NCBI GenBank assembly: GCA_028534125.1
Contig: CM052816.1
Location: 87,360,001 to 87,424,000 of the forward strand
Length of the DNA: 64,000 nt
From: Lama glama
Lineage: Eukaryota
Reading direction: 5' to 3'
Shown here: piece by piece, positions 26,576-40,627 of the stretch
Numbering within the stretch: the stretch's first letter is position 1
Layout of the letters: each line of letters begins with the position of its first letter
Translations under genes and position numbers: made by a program
Notes under the pieces: generated by a model
What the model saw: the letters and a program-made list of their open reading frames with translations, nothing else
The model's database searches: none
Told to the model about the DNA's origin: nothing

Positions 26576-28746
26576 TGTATTGGTCAGTTCGAGCTGTCAC
26601 AATGCAGTGCAACAGACTGGGTGATGTAAGCAACAGAAAGTTATTTTCTCACAGTCCTGGAGGCTGAAAGTCTGCTATTGGGGTATATATGCGTTGGTCA
26701 GTTTCTGGTTAGCGCTGCCTTCCTCACTTGCAGATGGACGGACGCCTTATTACCATGTCTTACATGGCCTTTCTTAGGCATATGTACACGGAGAGAAAGC
26801 AAGAAAACTCTGGCGTCTCATCTTATAAAGCCACCCTTAGACCTCATTTAACCTTCATTACCTCCTTCTAGGCCCTAGCTCCAAATACAGTCATGTTAGG
26901 TCTTGAACGTATGAATCTTGAGGACACAATCCAATTCACAGCATTCCATCCCTGTCCACCCCTCCCCAATTCACATCCTCCTCACATGCAAAACACATTC
27001 ATTCCATCCTAACAGCTCCGGAAGTCTCAACTCATTCAACGTCTAAAAGTCAAAGACTCATCTGAGTTGTTTTCTAAATCAGATATGGGTGAGACCCTAA
27101 GGTGAAGGTCTCTCCTGAGATCTTGTGTAAACAGGCATGTGTTTCCAAAATGCAATGGCGGACAGGCATAGCATAGCCGCTCCCACTCCACAAGGGAGAA
27201 ACTGGAAGGAAGAAAGGCTTGATGGACCCAAATAAGTCCAAAACCTACCCACGCAATTTCCGTTAGCCTTTAAGGCTGGAGGATAATCCTCTTGGGCTTG
27301 CTGCTCTGCATTCCAGGCACAACGAGGTGGCTCTGTGGGGCCTCTTTCCCCGTTGTCTCTGCAGGATGCTCTCTGCAAGGTACCGAGCTTGCTGAAATAG
27401 AGGAGGGGGCAGTCCAGCCCCCAGGCCTGAGGTGGGAGTGGGAGCCCTAACAATCTCTGAATTGCCTTTGTGGTCATTTTTCCCCGTTTTTGAAGAATAA
27501 AGCACACTTGTGGTAAAATATGTCTGTTGGCCCATTTTGTTCCCTTTGGTCCAAACTGGCAGAGTGTCTATTGCTAAGGTCCAAACGGGCAAGGTTTCTG
27601 CTGGTACAAACCCATCTCTATTCCCGCTTCTGCCCAAGTGGCTGATTAGATCTTTAGCTCGATTTCACACTAATGTCCTTATCAAATGAGGGTTCAACCA
27701 CATCCTTAGTACTCTCTTCAGAACAAGTTCCTCCTTTTTTTTCTCCCCAATGTGGACTGACCGAGAACTTTCCAAATCTTTAAGTTCTGGTTACTTTTGC
27801 CAAACAGTTCCTTTCCAAGTCATCTCTCTCCTCTCCTATTTTACTGGAAGCAGTCAGGGCACAGGAGGGCTCTTTCAATATTTTCCTTAGAAATCTCCTC
27901 AGCTAAATACCCAATTTCGTTGTTCACAAATTCTATCTTCCTCAAAACACTAGAACACAACCAAGCCAAGTTCTTTGCTGTTTTGTAACAGAAATCACCT
28001 TTTCTCCATCTCCTATAATCTGTCCTTGTTTCTGTCTGAAACCTCACCAGAATGGCCTTTAAGGTTCATATTTCTACCAACTTTCTGTTCATGGTTATTA
28101 ATATATTCACTGAGAAAAGGGAGGCTGTCTCAACAGCACTTGTCTCTCTTGTTTCTGTATTTTAACCAAAATATCGACTCTAACACCTATATTTCTACCT
28201 ACAATCTCTTCATGCTGGTCTATGCAGGTACCCCAAAGCATCTCCAGCCACTACCCATTACCCAGTTCCAAGGTCACTTCCACATTTTTAAATATTTGTT
28301 ACAGCAGCGCTCCAGGCCTAGGTACCAAACTCTGCAGCAGTCTGGGCTGCTGTAACGCAGAACCACAGACGGGGCAGTTTAAACAATGGAAATTTGTTTT
28401 CTCGCAGTTCTGGAGGCTGGGAGTCTGAGATCAGAATGCCAGTTGCTGCTGAGTGCTCTCTTTCTGGCTTATAGACGGCAGCCTTCCTACTCTGTTCTAC
28501 ATGAGTATGCAAGCGTGCGCGCACACACACACACACAATCACAGAGAGAGACGGACGTGGGGGAACAGAGAAAGAGAGCTCACTCTCTGGTGTCTCTTCT
28601 TATAAAGACTAACCCTGTTGTATCAGAACCCATTCTTATGACCACATTTAACTTTCAGTACTTACAGGCCTTATCTCTAATACAGTCACATTAGGGGTTA
28701 AGATTTCAACATATGAATAGAGAGAAGACAAACTCCATCTATAGCA
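26576..28746 (-). mobile_element. Two-LTR MaLR element (MLT1A-C-like LTR / internal / LTR)
   Basis: LTRs at ~26576-26943 and ~28333-28746; the internal region starts (minus strand) at tttggtacc and carries the MaLR ORF motif. Confidence 0.88.
27841..28047 (-). pseudogene. Decayed MaLR internal ORF remnant
   Basis: WRKGDFCYKTAKNLAWLCSSVLRKIEFVNNEIGYLAEEISK resembles the conserved MaLR (THE1/MST/MLT) internal ORF as I recall it. Confidence 0.8.
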
Positions 28747-29034
28747 CAACTTTACACAAACGTGTTGAGTGTATAGGAAAAAAGAATGATCACCCACATC
28801 ATTTTATAAGGATAAAATATAGTGACAAAACTGGAGAAGATGGGTAGAGACATATATTTTTTAAAAGATGACAGAATGTTGATAATTTTGACACCAAGTA
28901 ATGGACACATAATGACTCTTTACACTATTTAGTTTACTCTGTATGTTTCAAATTTTATGCAATAAAGCTATTAAATATGCAGAAGAGAAAGCTAGAGCTG
29001 AACAGCAAAGGAAGATAAATGTAGATCAGTATTA

Positions 29035-31640
29035 TGGTTGTTGATTGAATTCTTCGGGAAGCTGACTCTGAAATGGACTTTGGCAAAGAGAAGGTTTATT
29101 AGCAAATGATCTTGGGATCTGTATCTATGGGGGGAGAAGGGAAAGAATTTTGCAGAGAGAGAGAGGATACTCTATGAGGAACCCCTGAACTACAAACTCG
29201 GTGAATTGATGGGGAGCTCTGGAGCTAAACTTTCTATCTCTGCTCTCTTGTATTGGACTGAAATGCCCTGATCTCTACTCTGTATGCCTGCCTCTACCAG
29301 TCATTGCATTTGGGCTGCCTGGAAAAGGCATGACCTCGGGTAAGGTGGTTCTGCAGTGGAGATAATCCCTGAGGGGCTGACAGACAGAGGCTCTCTGCTG
29401 GCATCACCGCCAGCATTTGGGAGACATGCTTTCCTGGAGGGAGGATTGGGTGGCACATTTTCATTCCCATTCACAGCCTCCCCTTGTGACATTAAAACTC
29501 ATTTTTTCAAAGTATTTTCAAAATACTTTGGAGGAGCAGCTCCTACTAATTCAAGTGAGCCTCCCTTTTTGGAGTAGAAGTAGTCAATGAAAGACACTCA
29601 CACTGTTAAAGATGACCCTGGCATTGAAACCGATATGTATCATCTCCTCCCTCCACTACCTAATGTAGAAGCCTCTCCCCCTTCGAGAACACCGCTTCTT
29701 ACCTCATGGCCTGATCCAGACCTTCAGTCCTGAGGGATTGAGATCTGAGTACCACGTCCTTCTCAGAGCAAAGTTGCTACACACGTTTAGCATCACAACA
29801 GGATGTAAATGTACTAAAAGGACTTCATGTGAATGAAGTAGGTTTCAAACATACTATCCCTGCCACACTTTTTTAACAACAGGATATTATCTTCATGATA
29901 ATCAGGATCAATTCCACATATGGAGATAACATTTTCTTCTTCCCTGTTTATCCTTGCACATAAGGTGTCCAAAGCACCCTTCTGCCAGTTATAAGGTTAA
30001 ATGAGTCTCTTGTTATGTCTAGTAATGAAAGTGTCCCCACTTTGTAGCACACAACCTCTAAACTTGTAGAGACCAGAACTGTGGGACAGAGAGCACAGAC
30101 TCTGCACGTGAACCAAGGGGAATGATCTTAAGCAGAGACATGCCTGCTTCCATCCCTGGGTCTAGGAAACTGTGTTCTTCCTGTGGAAAACACCATCCTT
30201 TATAAAAGTTTTGTATTCATTATGTATTCTGAATTCTGGAAGATGGCTCCCCATTGTTGTCAAGCATCACCTCTGAGCTAGTGTCTCAAATGTGCTTTCA
30301 GTAAGTTCTTCCATCCCACTATTAGACTGGTAGCTACTTGGCAGTTGATATGAGATACAGCTAATGGATCTCAAGGTGTTGGGCCTTATTCTACTATTCT
30401 TTTTCTGAAAAACTATGTCCCCTGGTGCTTTGTAATGTGAGATCTCGCGCCAGTGAAATGAACCCTTCACAAACCCTCAAATAGTGGTGCCAACCAGGAC
30501 CCTGCAGGCAGCAAAGACAAATCCATATTTGGAAAAGTTGTCAATTCCTGTAAGAATAAACCACTGGTCCTTCCAAAGTGGAAGGGGCTTGCAATACAGT
30601 CAACTCGCCAAACTATGGTCAATTGCATTTCTCAAGGTATTTTGACATTTCAGGGCTCAGTATTTGTCTCGTTGCTAAAAATCAAGACTTTTCATGGTGT
30701 CAACTTTGATATAGACACCCCATATATCAGAGGCCCATTCTCACCCAACAGGATGCTGACTTTGGCATAATCGCTTGCTAGCCTTGGCCTGCAGTTTAAA
30801 TTGAAAATATATGTGAACCTAATCCTCAATTTCTCTGCCTTCTCAGTGTCGAAGGGTAGGAGATTAGAGACCATTTGTGCTAAGGAGACATTTTGACTTT
30901 CATACTTGGTGTAAAATTGTTTGTTAATTGCTTCAGCCTTCCATGATATTGTTTTTGTTTTTTGTTTTTTTCCTTTCTAACGTCTGTTCACTGAATCCAT
31001 GTCCACCAAATGCCATCATATTTATAGTTAATATAAAGACATACTATTCGTATTTCTGGTATATCACTCCAATTAACGTGTTTCATCCTGAGCTACACCA
31101 TCCAATTACCCACCAGTGGAAGTCCACCACCATCTGTTCTCCACTTACCAGCAGGGATGAGGTTCCCAATTCCACTCTAATATTGTGGGACCCAAGTCCC
31201 AAACATTATCTCATCAACTATTTCTCAAACAACTTCTGACACTAACTCTCACAGGTTGGATTTTCTGGGAAGTAGATCCTGAGATGGAGATTACTGTGTA
31301 GAATGTTTACAACACCCTTGGAAGGAAGGAGATAGAAGTGAAATTTGCAAAGGGAAAGGCTCAGCTGTGAAGTATGCCTGAACAACAGGCTCAGATGAAT
31401 CCAACGGGGCACTCTGGAGCTAAAATGGCTTGACTGAGTCATCCGATATTGGTCCAAAATGGTCTGTCCTTCATACTCACGCTACTATCAGTCACTGGAT
31501 AATCAGCAACCTTCATGCCTAGAACGATTCTGTCCTTAACTAGCTGAGCTGATCCATGAAGAGGCTGGCAGCTGAAGACTGCTCTCACCACTCCCAGCAT
31601 CAGATTAAGGAGAAGGAACTTTGAATGCTAAATATCCATA
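29035..31640 (-). mobile_element. Decayed ERVL provirus: LTR16-type LTRs flanking ERV3-16A3-like internal sequence
   Basis: LTR16-like LTRs at ~29035-29475 and ~31247-31640; tRNA-Leu primer-binding site at 31232-31244; polypurine tract at 29476-29485. Confidence 0.8.
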
Positions 31641-31659
31641 GTCATCAAAATTGAAATCA

Positions 31660-32390
31660 GAAATTTGATATTTCAAATGATAAATAATGAAAAGATAAGA
31701 CAGAAGTCCTGCAAATCAATATTTCATACTAGGTTGCACCGAGGAAGTCAAGATAGTCCCATTTGACATGCTTTATCCTAACACGCAATCAAACACTTAA
31801 AAAACAAACAAAAAAATAAGCATTTTCATCAAAATTGGTAAACTGTTCATGAGAAAACTATAACACACATAGTATCTATTCATAAACTATTACAAGCCTT
31901 TCAGTTAAAATTTCAAGTTGTAGTCAATGGAATAAGAATAAAAAGAATAAATCAGAGGTAAATTATAATGCCAAAATGTTAATATTGGCAGACTATACAG
32001 TCATCTTAAAAATTTCAAGATAACTGACTGAAAAATTTTATAAACTAATATGAATTAATCTACAGGAACCAAAGTTATTCTTATATACATCACAGTAACC
32101 AATTAGAAAAGTAAATAGAAAAATTCATTTTGTTCACAATAGATAATATACTAAGTACTTAGATGAAGAACTGAAAGAAATATTTAAATCTTTAGAGATA
32201 AAATGTTACTGAAGGGCTTAAGAAATCCAAAAAGAAGGTATCATTAATAGATCTAAAAATACTCAAAAATAAATATATTAATTACCCTCTAATATTCTAC
32301 CAATTCAACGCAAACCCAATAAACAGGTTCTTTTATGAAATGATTCTAAAATATATATGGTATATAATAAGTGTAGAATGATTGCTATAA
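31660..32390 (+). mobile_element. Very old LINE-1 ORF2 remnant
   Basis: Degenerate text such as accaattagaaaag..attcattttgttcacaatag..attcaacgcaaacccaataaa..tgattctaaaatatatatgg. Confidence 0.65.
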
Positions 32391-32398
32391 AATTATGT

Positions 32399-32694
32399 AA
32401 AATAAGCATAAATACAAAACAGAAATAGACTCACAGACACAGAATACAAACCTGTGGTTGCCAAGGGGGCAGGGGATGGGAAGAGATAGACTGGGATTTC
32501 AAAATTGTAGACTAGATAAACAGGATTATACTGTATTGCACAGGGAAATATACACCAGATCTTATGGTAGCTCACAGAGAAAAAAATGTGACAAGAATAT
32601 ATATATGTTCATGTATAACTGAAAAATCGTGCTCTACACTGGAATTTGACACAGCATTGTAAAATGATTATAAATCAATAAAAATGTTAAAAAA
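32399..32694 (+). mobile_element. Young camelid-type LINE-1 3' end
   Basis: aaaacagaaatagactcacagac..tgtattgcacagggaaatatac..gtgctctacactggaatttgacaca..tcaataaaaatgttaaaaaa. Confidence 0.9.
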
Positions 32695-35600
32695 TTAGAT
32701 TGTGTAAGAATATATTTCTCTTTTGGATACTAACACATAAGAAAACAATATAGCTTTGTTACATCCATATACTTATGTGTCTGTGAAGGCCAGAAACTTT
32801 TTCAAATATGTATAGACATCAAGGAAATGATCAAACACACCTTTACACACATCTGTATTTAAGCAGTCATGGTCCGTATGAATAAAATCATTAAATAAAT
32901 AGATGAATAAGTTTGAAAACTGCAGAAAAAATTTTAAACCCCACAAAATTCACAAAGTAATAAAGCTAGGAGAAAATAAATGCATTCTGTAAAGTAGTGT
33001 AAGATTGAGTATCTAGAATATTTCAAAATATTTTTAAGTAAAAGAAAAATATATATACATAAAAAATCAGTAAGAAATATAGGATAAGGACATGAGCAAG
33101 CAAATCACAAAGAAGAAATTTAAAAAAAAATAAAAAAGGAAAAGTTCTCAGGCTCTGAAAAATAGGGAAAGGAAAACTAAAATGATACAAATGGCATTAT
33201 TCAAACATCAGATGAGAACAACTATAATGCTTGATCACATCAAACACGGAGACTGTGGTGGGAAAGTGCGAGTTCTCAAAGAGAACTTGAGGCAGTGTAC
33301 ATTCATAACCTATTTACTTATACATAAAATGCACTTGATTAAAAGACCACTTCCTAGTTTATACCTTAGGGAAATATTTATACAGATATTCTACTCATAC
33401 TGCCAAGTTAGGACTCCAAAATATAGTGCAAGTAAGACAGTGCATGGCAGAATAATATGTACATTATGATACCATTTAAGGAAAACTAATGAAGGCAGAA
33501 CTGTATTTTTGTAAGACCATATTGAAAAAAAATCCATAATAAAATTATCAGAAAAGTGATGGTATCTGATTAATAGAGTGAATGAGATTTGGAAGTTAGA
33601 ACCAACAGAATTGCTTAAAGTCTTAAAGGCTATAAATTCATGTTTTATTTATATAATTAAAAAGACCATGTCTGTAACAAGAAAGAGAGAGCAAGGAAAC
33701 AGACCTCCTAGGATATGAAATAGTGGTAAATTTTAGGTTAATAATGGGAGCAATACAATCTAGAGTAAGAAATCATTCCTTAAAAAGAGTAAGATTTGCC
33801 AAAGGGATTTAGAACTTTGAGAGAGGGGTGAAGGATTATTAATAAACTACTCAAAGGCACAGGATCGGGAAAGAATGTTTGACTGTCAAGTGTTCACATT
33901 TGGGAGTATCTCCCAAAATATACCAAGAAAAATATTAATTTGGACTACCTTTAGTCTTATTGATACCACCTAATTAACATGCAGATGAAAACAATTTTGA
34001 TCTAAGTGTTAAAGTCTCCTGCATACATCTGAGGCACTGAGCATGTCAGTATCTGCACTGTGTTCATTATTTGTACCTGTTCATTATTTGTAGTCTGAAC
34101 CTCACACTGTGGATGTGATTTCTTCTAAACATTTAAGATAATTGAAAGTTTAGTTCTAAACTTCTGACATCTGGGGAAAAATACTTGGATGATGTAGTAA
34201 GATTAGAAGTGAACACTGAAACTGCATATTTAAGGAAATTTTAGCTATTAAATAAACATGCAGAAATTATGGACAGAAAGTTATTTCCTCACATCTATTT
34301 TTTGGTGAACATGTATCTGTATCCTAAATTAATTTCCAAATATAGATTTTGTGCTAAGTCCTGACAGGAAAAATAGAAGCATCCTTTCCATCATATGTAC
34401 TACAAGTAATGATATATTCTAAATGTTCATCCCAAACAATGGCTTTTCAGCCTCCTCAATATCTCTTATGTTGTGAGAACAAGAACCACCATAGGAAAAT
34501 GGTTCACAATTAATGATATAACACATCATAGAAAAGATTTAGATCTATTGAGCAGTATGCTATCCTAACAAGTTTTTAGAAGGAAAGATAATAGGCTGGT
34601 TCTTCCAATATAAGAATTGAATTTACTTTCCTTTTGGTCTGAGACTGCAAGAGGCAGGATTCTCAACAAAGGACATTTCATGAAATGGAAATACCAATAG
34701 TGCAGTTTGACTGTGATGTATTAAAAGTCCAGGTATGATACCAACCCCAAGTGAATGTAGAGAAACATGCCTGCCAGCAAAGGGAGCACTGTTCAACCAG
34801 TAGTCATTCTTATTTTATCTTTCTAAAATGAATGCAGAGAACTTTTATAACTATGATTACTCTTTTATTCTAGCCTACATGTATCCTTCCCTCCTCAGTA
34901 TACAACAGATATATAGTCTGTTCCATTCCATACAACTGAACACATATTTACTATCCTGTGTACAGATTTTTGTTTTTCCCAAACCACACTGTAACTCTTT
35001 AGGGTCAGAGATTATATATAATTGCATCCATGTAGAAAATACTAAGAATCATGGTTTAATTGACCTGAAAAGGATTATGAAGTAATACTTCCCTTTTCTT
35101 CCCAGTTCAAAGCCCGAGACCAGAAAGGTTTAAGATATTTACTCACGATTAGTTAGCTTGTAACCTGATTGATTATATTTTTATCAAAATAAAATTCAAA
35201 TAAATTGTACCTTCCACTTAAGACAATTCGAAAGAAACATTTTTCATTGAATATACACCCAACAGCATCAAAAGACCTTTATCTCATGAAATATCTATTG
35301 AAAAATCCAACATTTTTGAGAATTCAAGATTTGAGGCAAAAATCTCCTGGTGGTTCTCATTAAACATACATTCTTTAGAAACATTATTTATTTTTCTCAT
35401 CCATCTATATCTTAATGGAACTGTAATGAGTATTCCTTGTCACATCATCTCATAGGGAAATTCCCACTATGATTTCTTTTTGAATTCCATTGTGATTAAG
35501 AAGCAAAATTTTTTCTTCCATATTCTTATCAATATATCAGAAGTCCATGTTTGTAAGCCACCATTGGGCAACAATCCCCCTAAAACTCAGTAGATTATAA

Positions 35601-35755
35601 GAAATGTTTTGTTTTCTCTTTCACACTCAGAGATCTGTGGGCAAGTTGGGGCACCTCAGCTTCAGGGTGAGGTCTGCAAGGCAACAGGGAGCTAGAGTTC
35701 TGTGGTCTGGGTGGGCTGGCTCTGCTCCGTGTTTTACCTGTCATCAGTGGGCTAC

Positions 35756-36167
35756 TGTGAAACAAAAATCACATCAGACTGTTTAAACAGGCAAGGAAGA
35801 CTTTCTTCAAGACCACTTCCCTAGGGGAGAGAGAGAGAACTCAACTCTGAATACACAGAGACAACTGGTGATTTACAGCCAACAGCCAGAGTGAGAAGTC
35901 AATGGATGAATAGCTACTAAGATAAACTTGGTTAAGTATCAAGGGTGAGGGAGGAGAGAAACTATTAGACATCAAGAGTGGGTGAAGAAGAGCTTGACTG
36001 GCTATCAAGGGTGATGGGATTCTTGATCAGTTGCCTTAGGCTGATTCTTTAATAAAACTGGGTACAGAAGGAAAAGGAGAGGAGAGGCCAAGGCCAAGGA
36101 GGTGGACTATTGAAAGGAGGGCTCAGAGAAGGCTGAGTAAATCTGGGTCAAGGATAGAGCCTTGTCA
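35756..36167 (-). mobile_element. MER31/MER67-like ERV1 solo LTR, apparently inside an older MLT1-like remnant (~35560-36410)
   Basis: tgtgaaac..aaggaagactttcttcaagac..gaactcaactctgaatac..gggctcagag..ggtcaaggatagagccttgtca. Confidence 0.75.
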
Positions 36168-38189
36168 GAGTTCAAATTAAGTCCTTGTCACTACCAGTGT
36201 GTGTTCTTCTGAAGACAGTGGTAGAGACACAAGAAGACAAGTTCCATTGCTCAAGCACAATGCAAGCTTCTGCCTACATCAGGTTTGTTAACACTCAACT
36301 GGCCAAAGCCAGGCAAACGGCCAAGGCATCAATGGAGTGTGGAAATAAAATACACAACCAGGGTAGAGGGGAATGGATATTTGCTAAATTACAGTTCTCA
36401 CTATCACTGTGTAGAATCCCTTACTTTGTTCAGAGAAACTTCCAAGTCTAGGGTTATATGATGGTAGAAAGAGTGGGGCACTCTCATTTTAAGAAAAACT
36501 TCATTGATTTTTTCTTTTTTCTCATATTTTCTTCTCTCTCATAGAATCCTCTCCTTCCAGACCTTGCTTCCAGACATCTAGCCTGGAAATTTTCTCACTC
36601 ACACCAAGTATGGAGAATAGAAAAGCTCACCCTTCTAACTGCTTCTTAATCAATCCGTTTGGCTTTAAATCATTTCTTTTCATTTTTGAGAGCAAAGCAG
36701 AATAAGAAATAGAAAATGATATACCCACAGATTAATACAGATATAGATATTTTGGGGAAATACATTTAAAAAACTAGGGGGCTGTATAAGGAAAATAATG
36801 TAAAATTATGAACATAAAATGGAAGGAAAGTTGAATGTTTACGTAGAATAAGGAAAGAAATCATGCCAAATTGAAAGTCTCTAAAAGATTACAAAACAAC
36901 AGATTATCTGCCTGTCACACCCCTCTGCAATAAGATATTTTTCTAAATGTTTGTCTGCATGATTTCTGATCATCTCTTCCCACAGCAATATTATAATTAT
37001 CCATAAAAATAATAGACATACTTGTCAATATTTCCTCTTGGAAGCTTTATGGTTTAGAAAATTCCCTTTCAGCTTTGCAACTCATGATGCCTTTATGCAA
37101 AACTTCAGAATTTGTGTCAAAAGTGGGTTTTAGCAAATATATTTTATATATGAAGTATAAGATTTGAGGGTTTTATTTAGTAATTTTCTAACAGGAGACA
37201 GTTTCCATTTTTCATTAGGGATCTGTGAGAACTAAACCTTCCTGTAATAATTTTATGTAACTCTTAACTGGGCAAATGTTCCATAGACTAGTTTGGTTCT
37301 GAACATATGACCTCTGGCTCTGCTGTTTTTGTCATGGCATTGGTTGAATTAGCACAGCAATTTTCTAGAATATTCCTAAAATACATTCATATACTAGATG
37401 CGTAGCAATAACTTTAACATACAAGATGCCAAAGAAGAAAATGTGCTCCCCATCACAAACCTCTTTCCACAAAACCTAGAAATGGAATACCTCATCCAAA
37501 TTTATAAATCTTGAATTTGGATGCAGAATCATAATTCTGGGAAAGAAGGGAATAAGACTGGAGTTGAGAAAGCACCTCACAAAATTGACTCAACTGCCTT
37601 TCAACCTATGAATGTTGGTCATACACTGGTCCTTCCACTGGGCATGTAGAGTAGCTGGACAAGGGCAAGAGTATTGGGTTGGACTAGTCTACCCATGTAA
37701 GTTAATAATGCATGAAGGGAGATATAAGTCACTGGTCCTTAGGAAACACATGGAGATTTTTTCACACAGAACAACAAGTCCAGGCTTAAGTATAAGAGAT
37801 ACTGAATTAATGCACAGATACATTTAGAAATTTTCTCTAGTGAGCACTGGAGCCACACCCTCCCTGAGTCAAGGTCACCAAGGGCACTGGCATTAACATG
37901 GTCAGCCCTCGAGTGTCCTATCACATCTCCAAGTGTATGTTCTTGTCTCATCCTCTGATTCCTCATTTAGATGAGAGGCTTAGTCTAGTTAGATCAGTGA
38001 GTTTTAATTTCACCTGTGATAGTGGACACTCCAATTTCTGATTTCTCTACAATTTTTATAGACCTCTGCCGAGTTCTCTATCTTCCTTACACATTATTAT
38101 TATTTTTAAAAATTTCTGATTGTTTATTTTCTTTGTGAATAAACTCTGCCCAAAATGTCTACTTCATAAACAATTTTTAAAGTATATAG

Positions 38190-38452
38190 TCCAGTCACAA
38201 AAGACAAATACTGTATTATTCCACTTATATGAGGATTCTAGAGTAGTCAAATTCATTTAAGCAGAAAATAGAATGGGGGTTACCAGGGAACTGAGGATGG
38301 GAGAATTAGGAATTTGTTGTTTAATGTTATAAGCCTCAGTTCTGCAAGAAGAAAAAGTTCTGGAGATTGGCTGAATACTTAACACTACTGAACTGTACAT
38401 TTTAGGAATGGTTACGATGGTAAATTTTATTTTATGTGTTTTTACCACAAAA
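38190..38452 (+). mobile_element. L1MB-type 3' UTR fragment
   Basis: ccagtcacaaaagacaaatactgta..tagagtagtcaaattca..aaaagttctggagattgg..atggtaaatttta. Confidence 0.88.
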
Positions 38453-39629
38453 GGGAAAAGAAAGTATATTTTGCTTCTCTGAACTCTTGAGAGCATTATT
38501 TGAAATGGTCACCTTCTTTTTAGTCTTATGATGAGATCAAGTCTCTTCTACCTTCGTAACAAATCTGCTGGATCCCTCAGCCATCCCACAATGGCAGATC
38601 AAAGCCTCTGCCCTTTCAGTCGATACATTTAAAAATCCCCAAAGGAAAGTAATTCCAAGCTCTCTGAGGCTTTCTTGTACTCTTCAACAAAGACTACAGA
38701 AATGGTAATTTTATCATTCAGTAGAAATGGTAATTATAATTGTAAATTGCCTGGAATTTTAAGATTGCATATTTGATTTACGGTAAATCAAAAGAAGAGA
38801 GACAGTAATGCTTCAAGGTCCGAGTCCTTTTTTTTAAAAAAAAAAAAAAAAAAACCTGGCTTGAAGTTATCCCTTGATAAGTTCATTTTGCCAGAAATCT
38901 TTGAAATGTATTAGCACTCGGCTTTCCAGCAGTATGAGAACAGACAGTAAAAATACATGGGTCATCACCATTTGATCCTGTTCCATTTTGAAATCTTTGT
39001 GTTTACTACTTAAGGTAGTTAAACTACTAAGGTATGTTAAAACACTCATTTAAAATTCAGTGTTACCAGGTAGTGTTGTGTGTTTTAGATAGGAGTTGGC
39101 CACCAAGCTCTGTTCGCTCCTTTCTCTTGGACACAGACTCAGCCTTCTTTGCAATTAAATAGGCATGCCCATGTAACTCAGTTTTATCCAATGATTTTAG
39201 CACAGGTTATGTAGTCCCAGTGCAGACCTGGTGCCTAGAAAATTCCTAGCGCTTTCCGCCATGCTCTTTCATTCTTCTGACTGATTGGCAGAGCGATTGA
39301 TGCCTGTGAGGTCACTGGAAGCCACATGTTGAAGACTGCAAAGAAGTAACCTTCTTTGCACTTGAGGCATTACACGTTTGGGTTTCTTTTTCACAGTATG
39401 TTAATTTATCAAAATCCTAGTTGTCATGGATCATTAAAAAGAGGCCCATAAACTGTAGTACAAGACCCAACAGAATGTCTGGTGTGAGCCATTGTAAAAG
39501 GCCACAGGGTCATACTAACTGATAGGGGTTAGAAACGATATCATATAAACATCAACCTCTTCCACCTGCTCAAATCTGTCAAATCTGAGAATGACAACAG
39601 CATATCCCCCTCCCCTCATATATAAATGT

Positions 39630-40003
39630 ACCTGCCTGAAGTTTACTGGAGAGCGATTTCAAGTTCAAGATCTCCTGAGGAGTAAAAGGTAGGACTGGGC
39701 AGAAGGAGAAGTTGACTTGCAAGCCACTTTTGCCAAAGGTCTGAGCTGAGCGTATGAAGAACTCTGGAGCTAGAACTGTTCTTCAGAAATAAACCAATGG
39801 AGGCACATCAGGCTTTTCCACCCCTCTGTAACCACCGGATGTGGGCTGCCCACTGCGCTAGACAGCTCACTTCTGTTGAGGGTCTCCTAGAGAAAGAGCT
39901 CAGCTGATACCTGTTGACTGACAATACTTCCAGTCACTGGAGGAAAAAGTGCTTCTGAGCATCTCAGGGACACATGCAGACATGAAGATTCACAGCATCC
40001 ATT
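39630..40003 (-). mobile_element. LTR16-family ERVL solo LTR
   Basis: ggactgggcagaaggagaagttga..actctggagctag..ggatgtgggctgccc..tcagctga..cagcatcca. Confidence 0.7.
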
Positions 40004-40627
40004 ACCGAGAGGGTCATGGACACAGCTGAGAAACGTGTCTGAGGGTCTAACTGCTAATAACCAATGTACGTACGTTTATTCCTGCCAAATGTATGCCATA
40101 ACCCTTATAAGTAGCTGTACTATTTAATTGTTGTTTCAGTATTTAATGCAGAAAGGGCTTCAGCCACAAGGAAGAGAAATCATATTCACAAGCTGCACTG
40201 ATAGGCTGTTGAACTATTTCCTGAGACAGAACGCAAGCAGCAAGCAGAAGCCCAAGGGAGAAATGGTTGTGAGTTTGAGAATGTCCTGCAAGACAGCACC
40301 TAACACAGGTCAACTAATATCCTAGAATAGATACGCAGCACGTTCAATATGTATTTATTGACTGGAATAGAAACCAGTTTAGACTATGTGAAGGAACTGT
40401 GTTCACCTCTGTATCCTCAGGGCTTATCACAATTTCTGCCCACAGAGTGGGCAGTGAAAATAAGGTGAAGTAAATTTCATGCTTTTGGTTTGTTTATACT
40501 GAACAGCATTATATTTACCAAAAAACCTAATTGATACATATTGACCCATAAAATCAATATCACTTAAAATATGCAAAAGCAATTTTCTAGAATTCACATC
40601 TCTGTTTTTTTTTTTGACTGCTTTTCA

